From positions 1-54,311 of the forward strand of contig JAZNYL010000020.1 of the NCBI GenBank assembly GCA_045594445.1: a DNA stretch of 54,311 bases, given 5' to 3'. Origin of the DNA: Eubacteriales bacterium (GTDB taxonomy: Bacteria; Bacillota; Clostridia; Oscillospirales; CAG-272). Made by a program: the position numbers and the translations under genes. Below, piece after piece: positions 7,392 through 16,925 of this stretch; within the stretch, counting starts at the first letter, position 1; every line of letters begins with the position of its first letter. The notes under the pieces were generated by a model, which was given only the letters and a program-made list of their open reading frames with translations, was not told where the DNA came from and did not search any database.

Positions 7392-9161
7392 TCAGATTCT
7401 CGTATCCCACATGCCGCAGAAGGAGTCGATGGGGTCCTTGCCGCGGAAATCACCGGTTACAAGAGCATCCACAAGTGCGTCCATGGTATCGTCGTTGGAA
7501 TCGTATGCGTTGATATAGGTGCGCAGCATGGGGCAATCGGCAAGCATGGTGGGCTTGTTGACGCTGATGCCGACCACGGGCAATTCGTGCACGTACCACG
7601 GGATCTCACCGCCGCCCTTGGAAAGGCCAAAGGTGGGATGGCCGTTCATGACGTCAAAGAGGGAGATGACCATGTCCTGCTGCTCAACAAAGTCGGCAAT
7701 TGAATGCTTGCCTGCGAAATAGAGGTTCAGGCTGGGCTTTTCGCCTCTTGCAATCATGGCCTTGATCTTGTCCAGAGGGCTTTCGTAAATGAATACCTCA
7801 AAGCCCTTTTCCTGCAGTCTTTCCTGCAGCTTCTGCGCAGGCGTCTTTCTCTGCATGCCGCCGCCCATTGCCATGGCTGCAAGTGCCATCAGAGGATTTT
7901 CCGGCCCCTTGATGGGAACGATCATAATTCTCTTGGTTTTTTCGGGGGAGAGGGGCAGAACGTCCTTGTCCAACTCTTTGACCAGCGTGATCGCATCACG
8001 GCTGATCTTGGGAGAGTAGGTTCTGTATTCGGGATTATAAAGCACGCTTTGCATTTGCTCCGGTGAGGGGCACAGTTCCTCGGGGGATTTTTTGTTCAGG
8101 CCCATGTGTGCCTTCAGACCGAGAATTCTGGAAAGAGCCTCGGTCATGCGCTCCTCGGAGATCGTGCCGTTCTTGTAAGCCTCGAGCATGGTGTTGTAGT
8201 CCTCGTCGGGATCATTGAAGAACAAGAACATATCGCAGCCTGCGTTGATGGCAAGGGGCAGCATTTCGGCTCTCTTCATGCGGTTGGTCATGGCAACCAT
8301 GTGAGAGGCGTCGGTAACCACCATGCCGTTAAAGCCGAGCTCGCCGCGCAAAAGGTCGGTCATGATCTCGCGGCACAGCGTAGCGGGCAGCATTTCTTCT
8401 TCGGTGATGCCGGGCTTGACGTCCTTTAAGAATTCGGGCATGAGAATATGACCGCCCATGATGGCGTCAAGACCGCCGTCGATCAGCGTCTTGTATACGT
8501 GTCCGTAGGTCTCCATCCACTTGTCGTGGTGAAAGCTGTTGACGTTGTTGGAGATGTGTGCGTCGCGGTAATCCTGACCGTTGCCGGGGAAATGCTTGGC
8601 CGTGGCAGCCACGCCGGGAGTGTTATGAATGCCGTCCATGTAGGCCTTGCCCATTGCGGCAACGCGGTCGGGATCGTTACCGAAGGCACGGGAGAGCACC
8701 TCCTCGCACTCGTGGTTATAAAGGATGTCTACAACGGGTGCGAACGCCATGTTGCAGCCGGTTGCTGCGATCTGCGCACCCGAGACCTCACCCATTGCAT
8801 AGGCGTATTCGGTCTTGCCGGTTGCACCCACCTTGATGCCTGCGCCAACTGCCGTGCCGTCGGGGCAAACGCCGTCGCCGCCCTTTTCGGGGTTGCACGC
8901 GATGAATACGGGGATCTTTGCATACTTTTGCAGGATCTTGTTTTGCTCCAGCACCTTCGCACCGGGCATGCCGTTATAGCGGCAGCCGCCCAGATGGAAT
9001 TTTTCCATGAGCTCCTTGAGGTACTCCTCGTCCTGGCTTGCGGTCAGCTGGAAGAACAGCTGTCCAACCTTTTCTTCGGCCGTCATGCCTGCGATGGTGC
9101 TTTCTACCCACGCCACGTCCTCGTCGGACAGGTAAAAGGGCTTTGCTTTGAGATTGATCAT
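7392..9161 (-). CDS. GH3 glycoside hydrolase (NagZ-like; possible glycoside phosphorylase)
   Basis: MTAEEKVGQLF, FAPVVD, RAFG, KHFPGNGQDYRDAH, LLRGELGFNGMVVTDASHM, AINAGCDMFL. Confidence 0.92.
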   Translation of the reverse strand: MINLKAKPFYLSDEDVAWVESTIAGMTAEEKVGQLFFQLTASQDEEYLKELMEKFHLGGCRYNGMPGAKVLEQNKILQKYAKIPVFIACNPEKGGDGVCPDGTAVGAGIKVGATGKTEYAYAMGEVSGAQIAATGCNMAFAPVVDILYNHECEEVLSRAFGNDPDRVAAMGKAYMDGIHNTPGVAATAKHFPGNGQDYRDAHISNNVNSFHHDKWMETYGHVYKTLIDGGLDAIMGGHILMPEFLKDVKPGITEEEMLPATLCREIMTDLLRGELGFNGMVVTDASHMVAMTNRMKRAEMLPLAINAGCDMFLFFNDPDEDYNTMLEAYKNGTISEERMTEALSRILGLKAHMGLNKKSPEELCPSPEQMQSVLYNPEYRTYSPKISRDAITLVKELDKDVLPLSPEKTKRIMIVPIKGPENPLMALAAMAMGGGMQRKTPAQKLQERLQEKGFEVFIYESPLDKIKAMIARGEKPSLNLYFAGKHSIADFVEQQDMVISLFDVMNGHPTFGLSKGGGEIPWYVHELPVVGISVNKPTMLADCPMLRTYINAYDSNDDTMDALVDALVTGDFRGKDPIDSFCGMWDTRI

Positions 9162-9179
9162 GTATATTTCTCCTTCAAT

Positions 9180-10025
9180 TTAATTTTCACCTAAATTCTG
9201 ATAGAACGCGCGACGCTTTGCGTCTGCGTAGTCGCCGCTGTACGAGCCGCTTTGCAGGTGCTGCGCCCCTGCGTCGATAAATTCCTGCCAACTTGCCTTC
9301 TCGGCCTTGACCAAGATAGGGTAGAAGTGCACGCCGTTTTTCTCAGCGGCGGCCAGATCACCGGGGGCATCGCCGCACATCAGCACGCAAGATTTGTCAT
9401 AGCCCTGCTCCAGAAGCTTTTGAATGCAATAGGCCTTGCTGCCGTCGTTTTGCGAGCAAACAACGTCCACGTAGTCAAGCAGACCGTGCTCCTGCCACTC
9501 GGCCAGCACCGCGTCGAGGTTCGCGCTGGACACGATGGCCACGTCGGCAAAGGTGTGCGCGTGCGCAAGTGCTTCCTTGACCAAGGGAAAGGGCTGCTTG
9601 AGGTCGTCCGGCAAAGCCGTGATAGCCTTGTTGACCGCTATGCTCCAGGCAAGCGCCTTGGCAAACACGCGTTTGTCCGGGAACTGTTCGATCATGCGGC
9701 CAAGGGCTGCGTTTGAAAGCTCGGGGCTGTGCTCGGCCCAGCCCGTAAGATCGTCAATGCCGTCAATGGGCGTATAGCGCGTATGGATCTCGCCAAGCGC
9801 CTGTGCCAGTCCCTTGAAGCGGTTGATACCGCGCGTGACGGTATAGAGATTGATCTCGTTCCAGCGATCAAGGATGTCCTTGCGCCACGCGTCAAGTCCC
9901 CATTCGTCCACCATGCAAGGGCCGAAGCAGCGAAAATGCTTGATGTCCATGGTGTCCATGGCGCAGCCGTCGCTGTCCACGCACACAAGGTAGGGCTTTT
10001 GCTTTGCAAATTCAGTCAAAGTCAT
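9180..10025 (-). CDS. HAD-superfamily hydrolase
   Basis: Motif I CVDSDGC, motif II VSS, K, motif IV GDAPGD. Start moved to ATG 10025 (GAAAGGA RBS). Confidence 0.88.
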   Translation of the reverse strand: MTLTEFAKQKPYLVCVDSDGCAMDTMDIKHFRCFGPCMVDEWGLDAWRKDILDRWNEINLYTVTRGINRFKGLAQALGEIHTRYTPIDGIDDLTGWAEHSPELSNAALGRMIEQFPDKRVFAKALAWSIAVNKAITALPDDLKQPFPLVKEALAHAHTFADVAIVSSANLDAVLAEWQEHGLLDYVDVVCSQNDGSKAYCIQKLLEQGYDKSCVLMCGDAPGDLAAAEKNGVHFYPILVKAEKASWQEFIDAGAQHLQSGSYSGDYADAKRRAFYQNLGEN

Positions 10026-10152
10026 AAAAACTGTCCTTTCATGTGCACATACTGCATCCATTATACATAAATATTGAGCAAATTGCAAGAGGAAAAGCGC
10101 GGGCTTGTGTAAAAGTTTTTGCAAAACGAACAAAAAACAGATGCTTTTGCGA

Positions 10153-10181
10153 TTGACACGGAATGGGATTTATAGTAAAAT
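10153..10181 (+). promoter_or_regulatory. sigma-A promoter
   Basis: TTGACA-17bp-TAAAAT. Confidence 0.7.
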
Positions 10182-10212
10182 AGAGGTAATCTACCCGAAA
10201 GGAATTTATTTT

Positions 10213-13200
10213 ATGAAGCTGACAAGACTGATTTTGTTGCTCCTGTCCTTTACCTTGCTGCTGGGCACCTGCATGGTGTCCTGCTCCAAAAAGGGAGGCG
10301 AGACGGACGAGACCACTCCCGGCACGGAACCCGATCCCGAGCAGGGAACCGGTCCCGGCACGGAAACCGAGCCCGGTGTTGACGATCCCGGGTACGTAGA
10401 GCCGGTTATCACGGGGCCGTATGCCGACACCATCATGCAGGCCAACCGTCTGGCTGACGGCGTGCAGGCATACTATTCCACGCCTGCAAGACTTGGTTAT
10501 CGCATTGAAAACCAAAATATGCGCCTGGAATACAACCTTTCTTCCGCCGACTCCATGCAGGTCACCTCTCTGACAAATGCCGAGGGCGGCGTGTATCTGG
10601 AAAATACCATGGACGTCTATATTACCATGGAGGACGGCAAGACCTATCTTGCATCCGAGTCCACCGCCGCACCGTATGCAAATATCTATCGCATGAGCTA
10701 CTATTACTATGATGCGCACATCATGGGTCAGAATTTCATGGGCGGTGCTGCCGTAACGGATCAGATGGAGTTTGCGATCAGCAAAGGGAATATGCGATAC
10801 CACGATGTGACCGATTTCCGCGTTTCGGACGGAGTGATCTCCTATACCGTGGAGGGCTTTGATCCGTACGTTTATACGGTCAGGAACACCACGAAAAAGG
10901 GGCTTTCCTATCCTGCAGAGCAGTTCAATGCCGTGCAATTTTCGGTCAAGACCGCTGCCACCTCGGGTGAGCTGTACTATATTGCGGGCGACCGTACGGG
11001 GCACAATGCAGAGCAGTGCGTGCGCTTTAACCTTTTGGGGAACGATGAATGGAACACGTATACACTGGTGCTGAGCAATGCCGTTGACTATACGGGGGAC
11101 GTTACCTCCTTGCGCTTTGATATCGGCGGTTCCGGTCAGGCGGTACAGATCAAGGATATCAAGGCGGTCAATCTGGATATGTCCGCACCCGCCGTGCTGC
11201 TGGACAGAACCTTCCATACCTATTCGGACAAAATGAATCAGGTGCTGCACTTTGTGGCAACCGAATACGTCACGGGGATCGAAAGTCTTGGTATGATCAC
11301 CGATATCCCTGCAGACAAGGTACAAAAGTTGATCGTCAAGGACAAGAACGGCACGCACGATTCTCTTGACGGTGTGGATTTTGACAGCTGTGAATACGTG
11401 GGCTTTGACATTAAGGATGCAGGCATCCTCGGCTTTATCCTGCTGCCGCACGAAACAAGCGGACGCTTGGAGGTCACCTTGGCGGATGGCACTTATACCG
11501 TGACGCAGAGCGCGAGACCCGAGGGCGGTGAGTTGCGCGCGAACCCCGATTCCACCGCGGACGATTTCTATATGGGTCACCGACTCTATACCGACGAAAG
11601 CCACAGCTTTGATGCCTTTCTGACCGAGGCCGAATTTGAACGCAATCCCTTGCAGGATATCAGGTCGGACGCTTATCTCGGCTACGACGCACTCAGAGGC
11701 GCATACTGCTTCGGCATTGGCGGCACCGGCTTTAACGATCCCTTCTTCTCGGAGCAGAACCGCCACTATACTGCCGATATTTCGATCACGGCAGGCGAGA
11801 GCGACCGCAACGTTTACGTATATACCCAAACCTCAAGCGGATGTGCTGAAAACGCGCTGATCCTTGGCAAGAACGATATGCTCCTGCCCATTCCGGTCAT
11901 GATCTGCAAGAACTTCAAGGGTGAGAATGAGGAGCCGATCTTTGATCCGGGGGACCCCTCGTATTCCGAGACCTATTTCCCGATCTCGCTTAAGGCAGGG
12001 GAGACGGTGGAGCTGACCGTGCTCAATCTGTATATGAACTGGGGACAGATCCCCTTAAAGCAGCTGTCCTCCATTCAGTTCTTCTGGCCCTACTATCATC
12101 TGTCTCTGGGCACGACCGAGACCAGCTGCATCTGCCCCATGTACGGTGCACGCGATCTGTGGACCTTGCCCGACTTCCGCTCCATGTCCATGCCTTATTG
12201 GTTTGAGCTGCCCAAGGGCGAGGGATATGACAACCAGCCCCAGCATACCCACGGCGGCTTCCAGTATTTTTTGCAGTACACGGATGCCGAGGGCAACCAC
12301 GTAGCGACCGAAAATTATCACAATGATATTATTTCCTCCGGCCCGGTTTATACCGACGTCAAGATGGATTATATCTCGGACGACGGAAAGATCAAGGTTT
12401 CGTACAACCACGTGGAGCTGCCCGAGACCGACGAGCTGCGCGCTTATTACGAGATCAATTACGAGGTGCTTGAGGATATCAGCATTGCCGATTTTGCAAA
12501 GGATTTCTCGTTCTACTCCTTTGAGGGCTACGCGGGCGCGTACGCCAAGATCGGCTACCTCGATCAGAACAACAAGGCCGTGCAGGGAACCGTCAACGCC
12601 TCTGCCGACCCTGAGGTGATCAGACTTGGCAGCGAGTATCCTTACGTGGCGCTCTACGATCTGAAGGCCACGGCAGCGGATTGGGAAAAGAACAACGTCA
12701 ACCTTGGCGTAGTGGTCTACGATTCCGAAATGACCATCGGAGGTCAGAAGTGCGACGCGGGCTTTGTCGCGGTCGGCAAGAATTCCAAGTATAGCTTGTC
12801 TTTGGATCTCGCAAACGTCACGCTCAAGAAGGGCGATACCATGAAGCTTTGCCTGATCATTTCCCCTTGGGGCTTCTATACCTCGACTGACGATTCCAAC
12901 GTGCAGGCAATCCGCGAGAATACCTGTATAAACGGCGTCAAACTGAGTGTGCAGGACGGTGAGGATATGAATAGCGTATTCGTGCCGAGTGTCAAGTCGA
13001 CCAGCGGCAAGAGCGCGGAGTTTACCATTTCCGGTGGCTCGAATAATAAGGCCGTGCGTGTGTATGGCTTTGAAAAGCTGACAGCTCCCGTCATTTACGA
13101 AAAGGTAAACGGTGAGTGGACAGAGCTGACCGTCAACTCCTCCAAAACCCCCGACAGCAAGGGATATGCGCACTATTACGACGGCTATGCCGTATATTAC

Positions 13201-13899
13201 GACCGCAACGGCACGTATTCGTATGCGTTTGCGTTCAATATGGACGGCGCAGAGAGCCGCACCTTCAAGGTGGTCTGCGAGAATGATTTTGAGTCCTGGC
13301 CCGAAACCGAACAGAATCCCGAGCAGGGAAGTGAACAGGGAACACCCACCCCACCTCCCACCTTTGAGACCTGCGTGGATGCTTCGAGCGGCTATACCGT
13401 TTCGGACGTTCGCTTTACCGCGTTCATTGACTTTATCAACGGCGTGGGCGACGGCGACGGCGCGTACAATTCACGCGGCAGCAGCTCGGATAAGGGCTTG
13501 GATATCCTTGATTACAATGCCTCCACCGTGGACGGCGGCAAGCTTGCAATTGCGGGCTGGGCCGTGGCACGCGGCGGTATTCAGACCTATATGTGGTCGG
13601 CGGACGGCGGCAAGACCTGGCAGGAATGCTCGCTGTACGGTCGCGGATCATTTGGTACGCTGACCGAGGGAAGCGGTATTGCCAACGCGGGCAATAGCTT
13701 CTTCGGAGGCTCGTATGACGTCATGGAGCATCCCGATAAGATCGTATTCCAGGGCAACGAGGGTGTCCCCTCGGGCGTATGCGCCGATCTGGGTGCGTAT
13801 TCCGGTCAGGTTGTGGACGTGATCTTTGCCATCGTGCCAAACGACCAACCCCAAGGACTTTGCCCGATCGTTTTGATCACGGGAGTCAGCGTGGAATAA
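10213..13899 (+). CDS. Large (1228 aa) surface lipoprotein of unknown function
   Basis: Signal peptide with lipobox MVSC, Pro/Gly/Thr/Glu linker, acidic aromatic-rich body, second linker, C-terminal domain with Asp-box SADGGKTW. Confidence 0.8.
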   Translation: MKLTRLILLLLSFTLLLGTCMVSCSKKGGETDETTPGTEPDPEQGTGPGTETEPGVDDPGYVEPVITGPYADTIMQANRLADGVQAYYSTPARLGYRIENQNMRLEYNLSSADSMQVTSLTNAEGGVYLENTMDVYITMEDGKTYLASESTAAPYANIYRMSYYYYDAHIMGQNFMGGAAVTDQMEFAISKGNMRYHDVTDFRVSDGVISYTVEGFDPYVYTVRNTTKKGLSYPAEQFNAVQFSVKTAATSGELYYIAGDRTGHNAEQCVRFNLLGNDEWNTYTLVLSNAVDYTGDVTSLRFDIGGSGQAVQIKDIKAVNLDMSAPAVLLDRTFHTYSDKMNQVLHFVATEYVTGIESLGMITDIPADKVQKLIVKDKNGTHDSLDGVDFDSCEYVGFDIKDAGILGFILLPHETSGRLEVTLADGTYTVTQSARPEGGELRANPDSTADDFYMGHRLYTDESHSFDAFLTEAEFERNPLQDIRSDAYLGYDALRGAYCFGIGGTGFNDPFFSEQNRHYTADISITAGESDRNVYVYTQTSSGCAENALILGKNDMLLPIPVMICKNFKGENEEPIFDPGDPSYSETYFPISLKAGETVELTVLNLYMNWGQIPLKQLSSIQFFWPYYHLSLGTTETSCICPMYGARDLWTLPDFRSMSMPYWFELPKGEGYDNQPQHTHGGFQYFLQYTDAEGNHVATENYHNDIISSGPVYTDVKMDYISDDGKIKVSYNHVELPETDELRAYYEINYEVLEDISIADFAKDFSFYSFEGYAGAYAKIGYLDQNNKAVQGTVNASADPEVIRLGSEYPYVALYDLKATAADWEKNNVNLGVVVYDSEMTIGGQKCDAGFVAVGKNSKYSLSLDLANVTLKKGDTMKLCLIISPWGFYTSTDDSNVQAIRENTCINGVKLSVQDGEDMNSVFVPSVKSTSGKSAEFTISGGSNNKAVRVYGFEKLTAPVIYEKVNGEWTELTVNSSKTPDSKGYAHYYDGYAVYYDRNGTYSYAFAFNMDGAESRTFKVVCENDFESWPETEQNPEQGSEQGTPTPPPTFETCVDASSGYTVSDVRFTAFIDFINGVGDGDGAYNSRGSSSDKGLDILDYNASTVDGGKLAIAGWAVARGGIQTYMWSADGGKTWQECSLYGRGSFGTLTEGSGIANAGNSFFGGSYDVMEHPDKIVFQGNEGVPSGVCADLGAYSGQVVDVIFAIVPNDQPQGLCPIVLITGVSVE

Positions 13900-13987
13900 A
13901 AAAAGAAAACCGCTCAAAGCGTGATGTTCTTATCGGAGAAATCATAGCACAACTTTCCCCCATTTGATCCGCAGAAAACAAATAATG

Positions 13988-14018
13988 AACCCCGACAGAT
14001 TCAAGGTCTGTCGGGGTT
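13988..14018. terminator. Hairpin between convergent genes (probable bidirectional terminator)
   Basis: AACCCCGACAGA...TCTGTCGGGGTT. Confidence 0.7.
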
Positions 14019-14022
14019 ATTC

Positions 14023-14289
14023 TTATTTTTCTTTAGCGAGGATTTCTTTTGCTTTGCTACGTGTTATATAATCAACTCTATCAGATTTTAAAATAATTTC
14101 TAAAGCATCCATATGTCTATTCTCTCTAAAAATTCGTTGTGCATGTCCGGTTCGAGTGCTTTTTGCTTTGTCCGTATAATCTTCCTCAAACATAGAAACA
14201 CATTCGTCTCTACTTAAATTCTTGAAATTATAGTAGTACTTTACAAATGTGGACTTCCCAACACTATTTAATACTCTGATCAAATCCAT
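14023..14289 (-). CDS. AT-rich hypothetical protein (88 aa), probably horizontally acquired
   Basis: AAAGAGG RBS; roughly 30% GC by hand count, far below the flanking genes; protein-like helical sequence. Confidence 0.75.
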   Translation of the reverse strand: MDLIRVLNSVGKSTFVKYYYNFKNLSRDECVSMFEEDYTDKAKSTRTGHAQRIFRENRHMDALEIILKSDRVDYITRSKAKEILAKEK

Positions 14290-14396
14290 AATATACCTCT
14301 TTCGTCTAATTGTTTTTACCTTTTTATCGCCAGTTTCGCCTTTGTATTACAAAGGCTTCGGGCAAAGCCCATAACCCCTACGGTTGCATATATCTT

Positions 14397-14585
14397 AAGG
14401 CTCCCTCCGGGAGGGAGCTGGCGCCGTAGGCGACTGAGGGAGAGCGCGTTACTATAAAGTCAATCCAAACTCAAAGTCACGCAGGCTCCTTCCACCGCTA
14501 ACGCGGTCCCCCTCCCTCTCGGAGGGAGGCTTTTCACTAATCCCATTATACAACAAATCGGCAGAGAAAACAAGTTCTCTGCCGA
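14397..14585. repeat. REP-like inverted doublet (same family as 1512-1787) with trailing hairpin
   Basis: AAGGCTCCCTCCGGGAGGGAGC ... GCGGTCCCCCTCCCTCTCGGAGGGAGGCTT; shares AGGCGACTGAG and GCGGTCCCCC with 1512-1787; hairpin 14558-14585. Confidence 0.8.
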
Positions 14586-14650
14586 AATTTTGTGCTTGCC
14601 AATCCTCCGTTAAGAATAACAGCGAAAATGAGCGGTTCTGTTTTTTATTC

Positions 14651-14768
14651 AATGCAGAATTATGAATGCAGAATGCAGAATTGCGGTAGGAAAACCGCCC
14701 ATTCGGGCGGTTTTCCTGATTATTTTATTGTGAATTCTGCGCTCTGCGTTCTTCACTCTTTACTCTTT
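14651..14768. repeat. Inverted heptamer arrays (AATGCAG)n around a terminator-like hairpin
   Basis: 5 units at 14651-14685, hairpin 14688-14717, 5 degenerate ATTCTGC units at 14734-14768. Confidence 0.75.
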
Positions 14769-15657
14769 ACGCGTTCTTCAAAAACTCGTCCACTTCCTCG
14801 GCAGAGGGCACGCTGGGTGCTGCACCCGGACGGGAGACCGCAATCGCGCTTGCCGCACTTGCGCGGCGAATCGCCTCGGCAGGGGAGACGCCCATGCTGA
14901 TCGCGTGAATGAAAAATCCGGTAAAGGTGTCGCCTGCGGCGGTGGTGTCTACTGCCTTGACGGGATAAATGCCGTGAGAGATACGCTGCGTGCCGTCGTC
15001 GTAAATGCAGCCGTCCTTGCCAAGCGTCAGAACCACACGCATGTCGGGATAAGCCTGACGGATGGCGTTGAGAATATTGTCGGGGGCGTCGTAGCCGGTC
15101 AGCTGCTTGCCCTCGGTCTCGTTGAGCAACAGGTAATCCACCTTGCCAAGTCCTGCAGCAACCAGACTCAGATCAAAGGGAGAGGGATTGAGCACCACAA
15201 TCATGCCCTTGGCCTTGGCGGCTGAAATCAGGTGCGCAAGCCCCGAGATCTCGTTTTGCAGCACCAGCCAGTCGCCTGCGTCAAAATCTGCAAGCACGCG
15301 GTCAATAAACTCCTCGTCGTTGCAGCGGTTTGCGCCGCCGAACAGCAAAATGCAGTTGCGCCCCTTGGGGTCAACCTGAATGATGGCGTGACCGGTGGGA
15401 GTATCCACTTCTCTTGTGTAGCGCACGTCCACGCCTGCGCTTTGCAGCATATCGGTCAGCATGCCTCCCTCGGGACCCACGCTGCCTGCGTGGTAGGTGC
15501 ATGCGCCCGCGCGTGCAAGCGCGACCGACTGGTTGAGCCCTTTGCCGCCGCAAAAGGTGTTACGCACGCCGGATGCCAGCGTCTCGCCCTCGGCCACGAA
15601 GTGGTCAACCGAGTATACGTAGTCCAAATTCAAAGAACCGAAATTCAGAATTTTCAT
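14767..15657 (-). CDS. rbsK: Ribokinase (PfkB family)
   Basis: GSLNLD, GGKGLNQ, NETE, TLGKDG, VDTTAAGDTF. Start at ATG 15657 (GGAGG RBS). Confidence 0.9.
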   Translation of the reverse strand: MKILNFGSLNLDYVYSVDHFVAEGETLASGVRNTFCGGKGLNQSVALARAGACTYHAGSVGPEGGMLTDMLQSAGVDVRYTREVDTPTGHAIIQVDPKGRNCILLFGGANRCNDEEFIDRVLADFDAGDWLVLQNEISGLAHLISAAKAKGMIVVLNPSPFDLSLVAAGLGKVDYLLLNETEGKQLTGYDAPDNILNAIRQAYPDMRVVLTLGKDGCIYDDGTQRISHGIYPVKAVDTTAAGDTFTGFFIHAISMGVSPAEAIRRASAASAIAVSRPGAAPSVPSAEEVDEFLKNA

Positions 15658-15673
15658 AGTAACCTCCATTATG

Positions 15674-16705
15674 TTAAGAGCAAATCAGTTTTTCTAAAGG
15701 AGCATAGCTTTTTGCGCCCGACTTGAGCTCGCTGTCGGCCAAGGCGGCGGCGCGGACGGTGGCGTTCATGCGCTCCACCGAGACGTTGCGCAGACTTTTG
15801 AGATAGCGGGCAAGCTTGTATTCGTTCATTTTTAGCTGTGCGGCAATCTCGGGTGCGGAGTAGCCCTTTTCGTAAAGGGTTTTGATCATCAGCATCTCTG
15901 CGTAAATGCCGATCACCTCGCCCATGATGATCACGGGATCAATGCGGCGGAACTTCAAATCGTCCAGAATCTGCAAAGCATCTGCGCGCCTGCCCTCGGA
16001 AATGGCGTTCGCAAAAGCAAAAGCACCGTATTCATTGGCAGGTGTGGCCACGGCCCTGACGTCGTTTTCGGTCACCTCGGTTTTGCCGTGGGCAAGGGCA
16101 TAGCAAGCGATCTTGTCGATCTCGGATGCAAGAGAGAACATGTCGCGTCCGCAGTATTCGATGGTGTAGGTCGCCACGGGGGCGGATGCTTGCGCGCCGT
16201 GTGCGGCGTAATGCTTTTGCGCCCAGGCTGCCAGCTTTGCGGGGGTGGAACGCTCAAATTGCACGGGAACGGCCACCTCGCTGAGTGCTTTGAGCTGTGC
16301 GGAGGGACGCTTGGGCAGCGAGCCCGGATCAAAGCCGTCCTGCGCGGTGGTAATGATCAGCGTGTTGTAATCGTAATCCTCCAGCGTGCCGAGCACGGTG
16401 CAAAGCTCGGAAAAGTCGGCCTGCTTGATGCCCACAAGGTCAAGGTTTTGCAAAATGATCAGCTTGCGCTCTGCCATCATGGGCGGAGGGGCAAGCACGT
16501 CGAGCAGCTTGTCCGCGTTGTATTCGCGGCCGTCTATGACGGCATAATTGAAAATGTCAAACGCGGGATCGCCGCCAAGCGTGGCGCGGGCTTGCTTGAG
16601 CGCGGCGTTTTTGAGGTAGTCCTCCTCACCAAAGAAAAAATAACAAGGGCGCGCCTCTCCTTTGATCTCGCGGCGAAAATCCGCCTCTTTGATGATCTCA
16701 TTCAT
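15674..16705 (-). CDS. holA: DNA polymerase III delta subunit
   Basis: YFFFGEEDYL, PPMMAERKLII, LASEIDKIACY, ADSELKSG; 343 aa. Confidence 0.9.
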   Translation of the reverse strand: MNEIIKEADFRREIKGEARPCYFFFGEEDYLKNAALKQARATLGGDPAFDIFNYAVIDGREYNADKLLDVLAPPPMMAERKLIILQNLDLVGIKQADFSELCTVLGTLEDYDYNTLIITTAQDGFDPGSLPKRPSAQLKALSEVAVPVQFERSTPAKLAAWAQKHYAAHGAQASAPVATYTIEYCGRDMFSLASEIDKIACYALAHGKTEVTENDVRAVATPANEYGAFAFANAISEGRRADALQILDDLKFRRIDPVIIMGEVIGIYAEMLMIKTLYEKGYSAPEIAAQLKMNEYKLARYLKSLRNVSVERMNATVRAAALADSELKSGAKSYAPLEKLICS

Positions 16706-16738
16706 GCTGCACCCTCCTTTTTCATTGACGTTAGCACT

Positions 16739-16767
16739 ATTATATCACCTTTTTTTCTGCAAGTCAA
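16739..16767 (-). promoter_or_regulatory. sigma-A promoter of holA-rbsK
   Basis: Minus strand TTGACT-17bp-TATAAT with extended TG. Confidence 0.7.
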
Positions 16768-16850
16768 TGAAAATTGCACAATGCAGCGTGCAAAATGCAA
16801 AATGACTGAACTTGTCAGGTTGTGGATATGTAATTTGGTATATGGTGCTA

Positions 16851-16879
16851 TTGACGCTGCAGCGTATTTGTGGTATAAT
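16851..16879 (+). promoter_or_regulatory. sigma-A promoter of the MATE gene
   Basis: TTGACG-17bp-TATAAT with extended TG. Confidence 0.7.
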
Positions 16880-16925
16880 GAAATTTAGTGTGAATTTTCC
16901 AAAGAAAGACGAAGGAAGTTAAAAA

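Noticed and set aside
10039-11829. Long antisense ORFs (e.g. 10039-11829, 16848-18428, 31725-33239, 36571-37998, 42069-43664, 51362-52804)
   Set aside because: Shadow frames of real genes caused by codon bias; no motifs or RBS.
14325-14390. Hammerhead ribozyme or integron attC upstream of the AT-rich gene
   Set aside because: CGAAAC and small stems are present on the minus strand, but there is no CTGANGA core and no convincing attC R/L box pairing.
16821-16829. DnaA-box-like TGTGGATAT suggesting oriC near rpmH
   Set aside because: Single 8/9 match, no cluster, no dnaA, and 1.7 kb from rpmH.
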